NCBI RefSeq assembly: GCF_036554565.1
Contig: NZ_DATBNB010000327.1
Location: forward strand, 1-36,373
Source: Longimicrobium sp.
GTDB taxonomy: Bacteria > Gemmatimonadota > Gemmatimonadetes > Longimicrobiales > Longimicrobiaceae
Direction of reading: 5' to 3'
DNA length: 36,373 nt
Shown one piece after another: positions 17,437 to 26,216 of the stretch. The notes under the pieces are model-generated. The model did no database searches. It was not told where the DNA came from and worked only from the letters and a program-made list of their open reading frames with translations. A program made the position numbers and the translations under genes. Position 1 is the stretch's first letter. Each line of letters starts with the position of its first letter.

Positions 17437-17509
17437 TGCCCCTTGGTGTAACTGGCAACACGTCTGACTCTGGATCAGAAGAGTCCAGGTTCGAGCCCTG
17501 GAGGGGCAA
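17437..17509 (+). tRNA. tRNA-Gln(CTG), canonical
   Basis: U1-A72 (TGCCCCT/AGGGGCA), GGTGTAA..GGCAACAC D-arm, TCTGA-CT-CTG-GA-TCAGA. Confidence 0.96.
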
Positions 17510-17514
17510 CTCCC

Positions 17515-17549
17515 AAACGCCCGGATCGCGCAAGCGGCTCCGGGCGTTT
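17515..17549 (+). terminator. terminator of the tRNA operon
   Basis: AAACGCCCGGA...TCCGGGCGTTT hairpin directly after tRNA-Gln. Confidence 0.75.
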
Positions 17550-17578
17550 CGTCGTTCATCGGGTCCAGCCCCGCTCGA

Positions 17579-17647
17579 TGTCATCCCGACGGAGCGGCCA
17601 CGGTGAGCCCCGAGTCTGCGCCGTAGACCGCAGCGACCGAGGGATCC
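17579..17647 (+). repeat. variant TGTCATCC...GGGATC repeat half
   Basis: TGTCATCCCGACGGAGCG...GCGACCGAGGGATCC; same termini style as 10964 and 17996. Confidence 0.5.
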
Positions 17648-17743
17648 GCCACACACCCGCCGAAGCGCACCGTCCCGTCCGGCACACCGTGCCCCGCTCT
17701 TCCCGGGGCGCGCCACGGACCCAGTCACCACACCAAAGTTTGT

Positions 17744-17796
17744 AGTCCACGAAGGTGGACATCGTGTGGTCGTTGCAGCGAATTCATTCGCCCGTG
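17744..17796 (-). repeat. 53-bp REP-like double hairpin, copy 4
   Basis: Differs from copy 3 (13154-13206) at one position. Confidence 0.9.
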
Positions 17797-17869
17797 CAGC
17801 CCCAAGGCCGCGCCACTCCAAGGTTCCGGCGCCGGTGCTGTGCAGGTGCGTGCACAGGGCTCGCGCACA

Positions 17870-17996
17870 TCCGAGGTCCGGGCTGTGTGACCGCTGCCGC
17901 GCTCGGGCTGATTCGTGATCCAGGCTAGATCCTTCGGCCCGCGAGGCTCGTGCTTCGGGCCGGTGCCGTGCGCCTGGGCCTCAGGATGACAAGGTT
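17870..17996 (-). repeat. TGTCATCC...GGATCT-type interspersed repeat, copy B
   Basis: Reverse complement aligns with 10964-11092. Confidence 0.8.
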
Positions 17997-18029
17997 TCGT
18001 GCGACAGCGGCTTGGGGGCACACCCACGC

Positions 18030-20210
18030 CTACCAGGAAAGCCGCACGCCGGCGTTGATGACGCGGCCCTCCAGCGGTGCCCAGGCGTCCGTCGTCCAGC
18101 GGCGCTCGGCGGAGCGCGTGGGGAGCACCAGCGGCTGCCACCGCGTCTGCCGTGCGTCCAGCAGGTTCTCGGCGTTCACGAACACGCGCGCGGGGCCGAT
18201 GGTGCGCTCCGCCAGCATCCCGACGATCAGATACGGCCGGCTCTGGTCGCGATACGGGTTGTCCTCCAGCGACTGCACGCCCGTGTAGTACAGCTCCAGC
18301 CCCAGCCTTCCCCGCCCCTCCGCTTCCCGCATGGCTACGAGCCCCGACTGGTGCCGTGGCGTGAGCGGCACGGTGCGCCGTGCGCCCATCCGGAACTGCG
18401 GCTCGGTGGCGCGCACGTAGGTGTGCGTGGCCGTTACGTGCCACAGCTCGCGGTGGTACCGCAGCAGCGCCTCCGTTCCCCACGTGCGCGTTTCACCGGG
18501 CACGTTTATCAGCAGCAAGTCCGTCGTCAGCTCCGGGACGACGAGCTGAAGCGCGTCGTCGACCACCGACCCGAACACGCTGGTGTTCAGCTCCAGGTCG
18601 CCGAGCGTCCGTCCGACGTCCAGCGAGCCGCCCCGGGCCCGCTCGGCCTTCAATCCCCCCAGCGGCCGCAGGGGCGCCAGGCCGATCGCCTCCGTTTCTT
18701 CCGTGAACGGCGTTGGGGCGTAGTAGCCGCCACCCACCGACGCCCTGACGTTCCATCCCGCGCCCGGCCGCACGAGCGCGGAAACGCGCGGGCTGACGAA
18801 GGTGCCGTATTCGCTGTGCCGGTCCACGCGGCCGCTGGCAGTCACGCCCAGCCACTCGGCGGGATGCCAGTCGTCCTGTGCGAACAGCGAGGGGATGGTG
18901 AACGTGTAGTCGAAGCCGGGGACGTCCTGCGCCGCGTATGCCTCGCGCTGCAGGGCCGCGCCCAGGACGAGCGTGTGCGCGCCGCGTGTCCACGCCGCCG
19001 ACCCCTCGCCGAACCAGGTGGCGTGCCGATCGCGCTCGCGCACCTCGCCGAACCGGTGGTCGTGCCGCTGCCCCATGGCGGACGCGCGAAAGTTCAGCAG
19101 CGTGCCGCCCGTCAGCCAGCGGGCGACGACGCCCGCGTCGGCCCGGCGCGTGCGCAGCTCTTCGGCGAACCGAGCGCCGCCGGGGATCTCCCCGCCGCCG
19201 TTGCGGTCCTCCGCAGTCGCGCCGACGGTGACGAAGAGCGAGCGGCCCTGCCCGTCGTCCCAGAACAGCCGCGGGCGTACCACACCGCGGGCGTACGAGG
19301 GCAGGTCGGCCCAGCGGTCGCCGTCCACGTCGGCTGTCCGCTGCCCGTGCGCGCCGCCCAGAAAAGTGTAGCCCCAGCGCCCGCCCAGCGCGCCGGACGA
19401 CCAGAGCACCGCGTCGGCCCCGCCCAGGGTGGTCGCGTTCAGCAGGAGCTCGCGATCATCCGCCGGGCGGCGCGAAACGAGGTTCACCACGCCGCCAAGG
19501 GCGGACGCGCCGTACAGCGCCGACGCCGCGCCCTTGATCACCTCCACCTGTGCCAGGTCCATCGGCGGAATCTGCAGCAGGCCCAGCGACCCGCTCTGGC
19601 CGCCGTACAGCGGCAGCCCGTCGGAGAGCACCTGCGTGTAGCGCCCGCGCAGCCCCTGCACCCGCACGTTGGCGCCACCGAGCGAAGGCGACGTGGTCTG
19701 CACCCGCAGCCCGCTCGTTTCGTTGAGCATCATCGAAACGTCGCCGGGCGTCATCATCATCTTTTCCTCCACCTCTTCGCGCGCCAGCACCTCCACGCGA
19801 ACCGGCGCGTCCTCGATGCGCTGCTCGCTGCGGGTGGCGGTCACGATCACCGTCTCCAGTTCTACGGCCTCGAGTTCGGGCTCGTCGCTGGCGGCTTCTG
19901 ACGGGTCGAGGCGGATGGTGACGGCGGTGTCGCGATCCGCGACGACATCCAGCGAGGCGGGGCGATGTCCCTCCGCGGAGATGCGCAGGCGGTGGCGGCC
20001 CGCGAGCAGCCGCAGCACCGCGGCACCACCACGATCCGTCTCCCACGCTCGGCTGCCGACGCGCACCTCGGCCTCAGAGATCGGCTGGTCGGCGGAAATG
20101 ACCATGACGGTGATCGCGATGGAATCAGCGGCCGTCTGCGCGCGCGCGGCCGCGGGCGCGAGCACGGTGGAGATCAGAACGATGGCGATGAGCGCGAGAC
20201 GAGAAGACAT
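18030..20210 (-). CDS. TonB-dependent outer-membrane receptor
   Basis: Signal peptide, ETVIVTATR TonB box, plug (VRVQGL, QVEVIKGAASALYG..ALGGVVNLVS), NAENLLD, C-terminal W. Confidence 0.95.
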   Translation of the reverse strand: MSSRLALIAIVLISTVLAPAAARAQTAADSIAITVMVISADQPISEAEVRVGSRAWETDRGGAAVLRLLAGRHRLRISAEGHRPASLDVVADRDTAVTIRLDPSEAASDEPELEAVELETVIVTATRSEQRIEDAPVRVEVLAREEVEEKMMMTPGDVSMMLNETSGLRVQTTSPSLGGANVRVQGLRGRYTQVLSDGLPLYGGQSGSLGLLQIPPMDLAQVEVIKGAASALYGASALGGVVNLVSRRPADDRELLLNATTLGGADAVLWSSGALGGRWGYTFLGGAHGQRTADVDGDRWADLPSYARGVVRPRLFWDDGQGRSLFVTVGATAEDRNGGGEIPGGARFAEELRTRRADAGVVARWLTGGTLLNFRASAMGQRHDHRFGEVRERDRHATWFGEGSAAWTRGAHTLVLGAALQREAYAAQDVPGFDYTFTIPSLFAQDDWHPAEWLGVTASGRVDRHSEYGTFVSPRVSALVRPGAGWNVRASVGGGYYAPTPFTEETEAIGLAPLRPLGGLKAERARGGSLDVGRTLGDLELNTSVFGSVVDDALQLVVPELTTDLLLINVPGETRTWGTEALLRYHRELWHVTATHTYVRATEPQFRMGARRTVPLTPRHQSGLVAMREAEGRGRLGLELYYTGVQSLEDNPYRDQSRPYLIVGMLAERTIGPARVFVNAENLLDARQTRWQPLVLPTRSAERRWTTDAWAPLEGRVINAGVRLSW

Positions 20211-20277
20211 CTATGAGCGGCGGCCCGGGATCGGTGATGCACGTTGGGATCGCCCAAACCTACATCAACATGCGGAC

Positions 20278-22026
20278 TTACGCGACCAGCACGGCCCGGC
20301 GCCAGCGGCGGACGGAGTTGACCAGCCAGGTTTCTTCGGCGCGCGCGAGGTCGTCCGGGCGGATGATGCGCTCGCGGATTTCGCCCCGCGCCAGCATCTC
20401 CGCGCGCAGCACGCCGGGGAGCAAGCCGCTCTCCAGCGGCGGCGTCCACAGCGCGCCGTCGATGCCGACGACGAGGTTGGCGATGGTGGACTCGGTGATC
20501 TCGCCGCGCTCGTTCACCAGCAGCACGTCGTCGCAATCGGGGGGCGTGGCTGCTCGGTTTTCGTAGATCGCGCGGCTCGTCGTCTTGTGGTACAGCAGCG
20601 GATCGTGGCTGTCGACCGGCTCCCGCGCGATCGCGACGCGGACGGGCTCGGGAGATGGCTCCAGTGGCATGCTGTGGACCGAGATCAAGCCCTCGCGCGC
20701 GAGTGTCAAACGTGACCGCATCGGGCGGCCGGTGAACGTCTCCGCCGCACCGGCCAGGGACTGGAGAACCGCCCCGCGATCGAACGGAAAGTCGAAGTAC
20801 TCGGCGGAGCCGGCGAGCCGATCGAGATGGCGATCCAGCAGGTACCATCCGCCGTCCGCCTCCCACAGCAGCGTTTCGAGCAGGTCGAAGCCGGCGGGCG
20901 CGCGGCGCGCGAAGGCTGCCTTCGCAAGGCACTCGCGGTATTCGGCGGATGCGTCGGAATCGAACGTCACCCCGCTGCCGACGCCCAACTCCACCTGGCC
21001 GGTGGCGTGATCGAGCACCAGCGTGCGGATCGCCACGCTGAACGCCGCCTCGCCCGGCGACGCGAAGCCGATGGCGCCGCAGTACACGCCACGGGGCGCA
21101 TCCTCCAGTTCGGCGATGATCTCCATCGTCCTCACCTTGGGCGCGCCGGTCACCGATCCGCAGGGGAAGAGCGCGTCGAAGATCTCCGGCAACCCGGCGC
21201 CGGCACGCAGTCGCGCGCGGACCGTGGAGGTAAGCTGGTGCACCGTCTCGTATCGCTCGGGCTGGAACATCCGCTCCACGCGCACGCTGCCGAACTCGGC
21301 CACCCGGCCAGCGTCGTTCCGCAGCAGGTCTACGATCATCAGGTTCTCGGCGCGGTCCTTGGGCGAGGCGGCCAGCTCCGCGGCGAGCGCGCGGTCCTCG
21401 TCCGGCCACCGGCCGCGCGGCCGGGTGCCCTTCATCGGCCGAAGCTCCAGGTCGCTGCCCGCGGCGTGAAAGAACAATTCGGGCGACGCGGAAAGGATGG
21501 AGAAGCCGTCCAGCCGCAGGAATGCGCAGAAGGCCGAGCGTTGCGCCAGGCACAGCCGCTCGTAGAAGGCGAGGTCGTCTCCGGCGAATTCGGCGCGCAG
21601 GCGGGCGGTGAAGTTCACCTGGTAGGTGTCGCCGGCGGCGATCAGGGATCGGATGCGTTCGATCCGATCGCGATATTCGTCCTCGGAGACGTCCATCCTC
21701 CACGGACCGAGTTCCACCTCGGCCGCGTCGCCGAATTCCGGCTTCACCTCCTCGCGCCGCCCGTAGAGCGCGAACCAGGCGAGGGGCAGGCGCGGATCGG
21801 GTGGGCGGGTGATGAGGGCGGGATCGAACGCCGGCGCGGCCTCGTAGGCGACGAACCCGGCCGCGTGCAGTCCCTCGTCCACGGCGCGCTGGACGGCGGC
21901 GAGCACCGGCCGCACCTCGTCCACCGTATCCGCCCTGAGCACGCGCTGAAAATCCGCGAAGCGCAGGGAACGCGCGCCGCGCTGGGGATCCAACGAATCG
22001 AAGCGAATGACGGGCGGGGCGGCCAC
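20278..22026 (-). CDS. pabB: aminodeoxychorismate synthase component I fused to a class IV aminotransferase/ADC-lyase-like domain
   Basis: GDTYQVNF, SASPELF, PMKGT, KDRAENLMIVDLLRND, FPCGSVTGAPK, SVAIRT; C-terminal LLETL, HKTT.R, GLLPGVLR, NSVR. Confidence 0.95.
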   Translation of the reverse strand: MAAPPVIRFDSLDPQRGARSLRFADFQRVLRADTVDEVRPVLAAVQRAVDEGLHAAGFVAYEAAPAFDPALITRPPDPRLPLAWFALYGRREEVKPEFGDAAEVELGPWRMDVSEDEYRDRIERIRSLIAAGDTYQVNFTARLRAEFAGDDLAFYERLCLAQRSAFCAFLRLDGFSILSASPELFFHAAGSDLELRPMKGTRPRGRWPDEDRALAAELAASPKDRAENLMIVDLLRNDAGRVAEFGSVRVERMFQPERYETVHQLTSTVRARLRAGAGLPEIFDALFPCGSVTGAPKVRTMEIIAELEDAPRGVYCGAIGFASPGEAAFSVAIRTLVLDHATGQVELGVGSGVTFDSDASAEYRECLAKAAFARRAPAGFDLLETLLWEADGGWYLLDRHLDRLAGSAEYFDFPFDRGAVLQSLAGAAETFTGRPMRSRLTLAREGLISVHSMPLEPSPEPVRVAIAREPVDSHDPLLYHKTTSRAIYENRAATPPDCDDVLLVNERGEITESTIANLVVGIDGALWTPPLESGLLPGVLRAEMLARGEIRERIIRPDDLARAEETWLVNSVRRWRRAVLVA

Positions 22027-22080
22027 GGGCGGATGAGATGGAGAGACGGCGCGCCGGATCGTTGGACCCGGCGCGAATGG

Positions 22081-22521
22081 TCAGCCGGCTGCGGGGCTCA
22101 GCTCGATCTCGTAGTCCAGCCGCGTGTCGGGCGCGAGCGAGCCGGCGACGGAGCAGTACTTCTCGAACGAGAGCTGCACCGCGCGCTCCACGTGCTCGCG
22201 CGGCGAATCGGACGCGAGGCGATAGGTGAGCACGGCATCCGTCAGCCGGCGCGGCGGGTTGGGCGCGCGGGAGAACCGCACGGAAACCGACAGCGACGAC
22301 GCGGGCGTGCGGCGCTTCTCCAGGTAGTCCACCACGTCGATGGCGGAACAGGAGGCGAGCGAGATCACCAGCGCGTCCACGGGACTGGGCGCCGCCTGCG
22401 CATCTCCATCCACCGTGAGCGTGGCCCCGCCGGCGCGCCCGCCACGGTAGCGCATGCCGCCCTCCCATACCACCTCGATCGGGTACTCCGCCTGCACTCC
22501 CTCGGGCATTTCGGTCATCAT
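22081..22521 (-). CDS. OsmC family protein
   Basis: PSP.D....LASC..ID and AV.LS.EKYCSV motifs. Confidence 0.9.
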   Translation of the reverse strand: MMTEMPEGVQAEYPIEVVWEGGMRYRGGRAGGATLTVDGDAQAAPSPVDALVISLASCSAIDVVDYLEKRRTPASSLSVSVRFSRAPNPPRRLTDAVLTYRLASDSPREHVERAVQLSFEKYCSVAGSLAPDTRLDYEIELSPAAG

Positions 22522-22587
22522 CGGATTGAAACGGGAAAACGCCCGCCCCCGGCGCGGGGCGGGCGGTGCCTCGTGAACCGGGTCCGC

Positions 22588-22794
22588 TCAGTACTGGGGC
22601 GGCGGCGGGCCGGAGGGCGGCTGCTGCGGGTCGCGCGGCTTGGTGCGGCTGGTGGCGGAAATGATGCCGATGCCGATGAGGATGATCACGCCCACCGCGA
22701 TCCACATGGTCGGCGCGCCAGCCAGGTATGCGGCGATGGCCAGGCCGATCACGAAGATCACGAATCCTATGAGGTACGTTCCGAATGCCGACAT
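22588..22794 (-). CDS. small two-TM membrane protein (68 aa)
   Basis: GGAGAG RBS; MSAFGTYLIGF...GLAIAAYL....WI.VG..IL.G.GI. Confidence 0.8.
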   Translation of the reverse strand: MSAFGTYLIGFVIFVIGLAIAAYLAGAPTMWIAVGVIILIGIGIISATSRTKPRDPQQPPSGPPPPQY

Positions 22795-22885
22795 TGTCGT
22801 TCTCTCCGCGTGGGTGTGGCCGCGAGTAGCGGCGCGGTCCACGAGCCACCGATGCACGAGAGGTGCCGGAGCGGGGCGGGCGCAG

Positions 22886-23698
22886 CTATTCCGGGCCGAT
22901 CGCGTCCACGTGCGACGCCGCGAGCACGGACAGCCAGCCGTGGATCGCGCCGTTGCTGGCCAGGACGCGGCCGGTCACCAGCGGCTCGTCGGCATCGCCC
23001 GGCCAGCCGCCGACGCGCCCCCCGGCCTCGTGCACAAGCAGCATTCCCGCGGCCACGTCCCAGGGCGACAGGCCCACCTCGAAAAAGCCCTCCACCTTGC
23101 CGGCCGCGACGAATGCCAGGTCCAGCGCGGCGCTTCCGGCCCGGCGGACGTCGTGGGTGCCGCGCACCGCATCGGCCACCAGACGCATGTACGCGTCCAG
23201 GTTTCCCTTGCCGCTCTTGAACGGAAACCCGGTCGCCAGCAGCGCCCGCCGCGCATCCCTCACCTCGGAGACGCGGATCGGCGCACCGTTCAGAAACGCG
23301 CCGCCCCCGCGCGTGGCGTGATAGACTTCGCCCAGCAGCGGCGCGTGGATGACCGCCGCCGCCATCCCGCCGTCGTCCGCGAACCCGATGCTGGTGCAGA
23401 CGAACGGGTGCCCGTGGACGAAGTTCGTGGTTCCATCCACCGGGTCCACGTACCAGCGCCGGCCCGTGTGCACGTGCGCAGACGACAGCTCCTCGCCGAC
23501 GATGGTGTCGCCCGGAAAGGCGGCCAGGATGCGCTCCGCCACCAGGCGCTCGGCGGCCTCGTCCACCGCCGTCACCAGGTCTGCCCTGCCCTTGTCGCGC
23601 ACCTCGGCCGCCCCGCCGCGCGCGGTGATCAGCTCCGCCGCCCCCGCCGCCGCATCCAGCGCCACCGCCAGCTCGGCCGCGAACGGCCCCGTATCCAT
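22886..23698 (-). CDS. inositol monophosphatase family protein (SuhB-like)
   Basis: DLVT..D, GEE, WYVDPVDGTTNF.HG, RR.GSAALDL, PWDVAAG. Confidence 0.95.
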   Translation of the reverse strand: MDTGPFAAELAVALDAAAGAAELITARGGAAEVRDKGRADLVTAVDEAAERLVAERILAAFPGDTIVGEELSSAHVHTGRRWYVDPVDGTTNFVHGHPFVCTSIGFADDGGMAAAVIHAPLLGEVYHATRGGGAFLNGAPIRVSEVRDARRALLATGFPFKSGKGNLDAYMRLVADAVRGTHDVRRAGSAALDLAFVAAGKVEGFFEVGLSPWDVAAGMLLVHEAGGRVGGWPGDADEPLVTGRVLASNGAIHGWLSVLAASHVDAIGPE

Positions 23699-23919
23699 CT
23701 TCACGAGAAGGGAACTCACGGGCGCCGCCGCCGGTACGCATGTCCGCCCGCAAGGGGCCGCACCGCACCCGTGGTGGCGCGGCGCGGGGGCATTCTGTAC
23801 ATTGCGCCGCCTACACGCAAGCACGTCCGCACGCTGTCAGTTGCGGCCCATCGCCGCACCGCCGGTCGGACGAACGTTTATCCGGCTTCCCGGCCCCACA
23901 CCCATCCACCCGGTTCGGC

Positions 23920-25527
23920 ATGAGCAAGCGACTCTCACCCCAGTACGGCGGCGGCGGAACCCTCGCCGACGACCCGATGCGCGGCCACGCCTCGCAGGAC
24001 ACCCGGTTCTTCGGGCACCCGCTCGGCCTGTCGACGCTGTTCTTCACCGAGATGTGGGAGCGGTTCTCGTACTACGGCCTGCGCCCGCTGCTGGTGCTGT
24101 TCATGACGGCGGCGGTAACCAGCGGCGGCTTCGGATTCGACCGCGGCGAGGCGTCGGCCATCGTGGGCATCTACGGCTCGCTGGTGTACCTGGCATCGCT
24201 GCCGGGCGGATGGGTGGCCGACCGGCTGCTGGGGCTGCGGCGGGCCATCTTCGTGGGCGCGGCGCTGATCACGGCGGGCCACTTTTCCATCGGCCTGTCG
24301 TACTTCGGCGGCGAGGGCACGCTCGGCAAGTCGATGTTCTTTCTGGGCCTGCTGCTGATCGTCTGCGGCACCGGCCTGCTGAAGCCCAACATCTCGGCCA
24401 TCGTGGGCGACCTGTACCCCGAGGGCGGGTCGCGGCGCGACGCGGGGTTCAGCATCTTCTACATGGGCATCAACCTGGGCGCCTTCGCCGGCCAGCTGAT
24501 CACCGGCGCGCTGGGCGAAAAGGTGGGCTGGCATGCGGGCTTCACGGCAGCCGGCGTGGGCATGCTCTTCGGCCTGCTGTGGTACTCGCTGCGCGCGCAG
24601 AAGACGCTGGGCGACATCGGCAACGAGCCCACGCGGCATCCGGACCCCGTGGTGCAGGCGCGGCAGGAGCGCACGGTGAAGGGCGTGATCAGCGCCATCG
24701 GCATCGCCATCGCCATCGTGTTCATCCTGGGCGCCACCAAGATGATCCACCTGGACGCGCAGGCGATCGGTGGATACATGACGTACGTGCTGGTGGGCAC
24801 CGCGGCCGTCTACTTCGGCTACATCTTCATCTTCGGCGAGCTGACTCGCGACGAGGTGAAGCGGGTGGCGGTGATCATGGTGCTGTTCATCTTCGCGGCG
24901 ATCTTCTGGAGCGCCTTCGAGCAGGCGCCCACCTCGCTGAACCTGTTCGCGGCCGACTTCACCGACCGCAACATCGGCGGCTGGGAGATGCCGGCCACCT
25001 GGTTCCAGGCCATCAACTCGTTCTTCGTGATCGCGCTTGCGCCGGTGTTCGCCGCGCTCTGGCTGACGCTGGGCCGCCGCAACCGCGACTTTTCCAGCCC
25101 CGGCAAGTTCTCGCTGGGCCTGTTCTTCGCCGGCGTGGGCTTTCTGCTGATGATCTTCGCCGCCAACAAGGTGGTGGCCGGCGGCGGTCAGGTGATGGTT
25201 TCGCCCTGGTGGCTGGTGGGCAGCTACTTCTTTCAGACGGTCGGCGAGCTGTGCCTGAGCCCGGTGGGCCTGTCGTCGATGACCAAGCTGTCGCCGCGCA
25301 AGTTCGTGGGGCAGATGATGGGGATCTGGTTCCTGGCGTCGTCCGTCGGCACGCTGATCGGCGGCCTGGTGGGCGGCCACGTGGACCCCGAGAAGCTGGA
25401 GCAGATGCCCCGCCTGTTCACGGTGACCACGGCGTCGCTGTTCATCGCCGCGGCGGTGCTGGCGCTGCTGAGCATTCCCATCCGGCGGATGATGCGCGAA
25501 GAGGGCGGAGCGGCGGGCGCGCACTGA
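23920..25527 (+). CDS. POT/PTR family proton-dependent di/tripeptide transporter
   Basis: FGHP.GL..LFFTEMWERFSYYG, GG..ADR, G.GLLKPN, FYMGIN.G, GEL.LSPVG. Confidence 0.96.
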   Translation: MSKRLSPQYGGGGTLADDPMRGHASQDTRFFGHPLGLSTLFFTEMWERFSYYGLRPLLVLFMTAAVTSGGFGFDRGEASAIVGIYGSLVYLASLPGGWVADRLLGLRRAIFVGAALITAGHFSIGLSYFGGEGTLGKSMFFLGLLLIVCGTGLLKPNISAIVGDLYPEGGSRRDAGFSIFYMGINLGAFAGQLITGALGEKVGWHAGFTAAGVGMLFGLLWYSLRAQKTLGDIGNEPTRHPDPVVQARQERTVKGVISAIGIAIAIVFILGATKMIHLDAQAIGGYMTYVLVGTAAVYFGYIFIFGELTRDEVKRVAVIMVLFIFAAIFWSAFEQAPTSLNLFAADFTDRNIGGWEMPATWFQAINSFFVIALAPVFAALWLTLGRRNRDFSSPGKFSLGLFFAGVGFLLMIFAANKVVAGGGQVMVSPWWLVGSYFFQTVGELCLSPVGLSSMTKLSPRKFVGQMMGIWFLASSVGTLIGGLVGGHVDPEKLEQMPRLFTVTTASLFIAAAVLALLSIPIRRMMREEGGAAGAH

Positions 25528-25619
25528 GCCTCGTCGCCACGCAGTGAGCGGCGCCGCGCGCGAACCGGGTTCGCGCGCGGCGTTCTTGTTTCGGGGGCAC
25601 CCGCCGCATGCGCCGGTGT

Positions 25620-25862
25620 ATGGGCAACCCGACCACGCACAACGAGATAGGGATGACGGACGACGAGATCGGGGAGCGCCTCCGCGACCGCGGGCTGGAA
25701 GAGGACTACATCCGCGAGCTGCTGGCCAGCCTGGGCTTCGACCCCGCGGAGGGGTTCACGGTGGACAGCATCGAAGCGCTGGACACGGCCACCATGCCGC
25801 AGCGGCGGAAGGCGGCGCTGCGCACGCTGGCGCTGGCGGATGATGCCGAGGGAAGTGCGTGA
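25620..25862 (+). CDS. hypothetical acidic protein (80 aa)
   Basis: GC-rich third codon positions; start uncertain. Confidence 0.65.
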   Translation: MGNPTTHNEIGMTDDEIGERLRDRGLEEDYIRELLASLGFDPAEGFTVDSIEALDTATMPQRRKAALRTLALADDAEGSA

Positions 25863-25899
25863 GTGCGTGAGTGCGTTAGTGCGGAAGTGCGGAAGTGTG
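25852..25899 (+). repeat. short tandem repeat (about 8 bp, AGTGCG core)
   Basis: GAAGTGCGT GAGTGCGT GAGTGCGT TAGTGCG GAAGTGCG GAAGTGTG. Confidence 0.85.
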
Positions 25900-25976
25900 G
25901 ATAGCCCTTCTCCGGTGCGCTGGGGGAGGGCCTTTCGTTTCCGCGGTGCGTCGGGTTGGGATCGTGCTCGGGCCGG

Positions 25977-26114
25977 CGCCCCCCATCCCCAGCCCTTCCC
26001 CCGCAAACAGCCGCGGGGGAAGGGAGCCAGTAGAGTGCGCGGGGCCAGCCGGAGCGCACTCGAATTCTCCTCTCCCCCATGCAGTTTATGGGGGAGAGGC
26101 CGGGAGAGGGGGGC
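25977..26114. repeat. C-rich/G-rich palindromic intergenic element with two hairpins
   Basis: CCCTTCCCCCGC-AAACAGCC-GCGGGGGAAGGG and CCTCTCCCCCAT-GCAGTTT-ATGGGGGAGAGG within CCCCCATCCCC...GGGAGAGGGGG arms. Confidence 0.7.
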
Positions 26115-26164
26115 GGCCGCGGCGTCCCTGAGGCCTGTCGAAGTTCATCACCCTCGCGGAGACA

Positions 26165-26198
26165 ACGAAGCCGCCGGATTGCTCCCCGGCGGCTTCGT
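26165..26198. terminator. hairpin terminator after the M28 peptidase
   Basis: ACGAAGCCGCCGG-ATTGCTCC-CCGGCGGCTTCGT. Confidence 0.7.
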
Positions 26199-26216
26199 CG
26201 TTTCCATGACCGGCGC

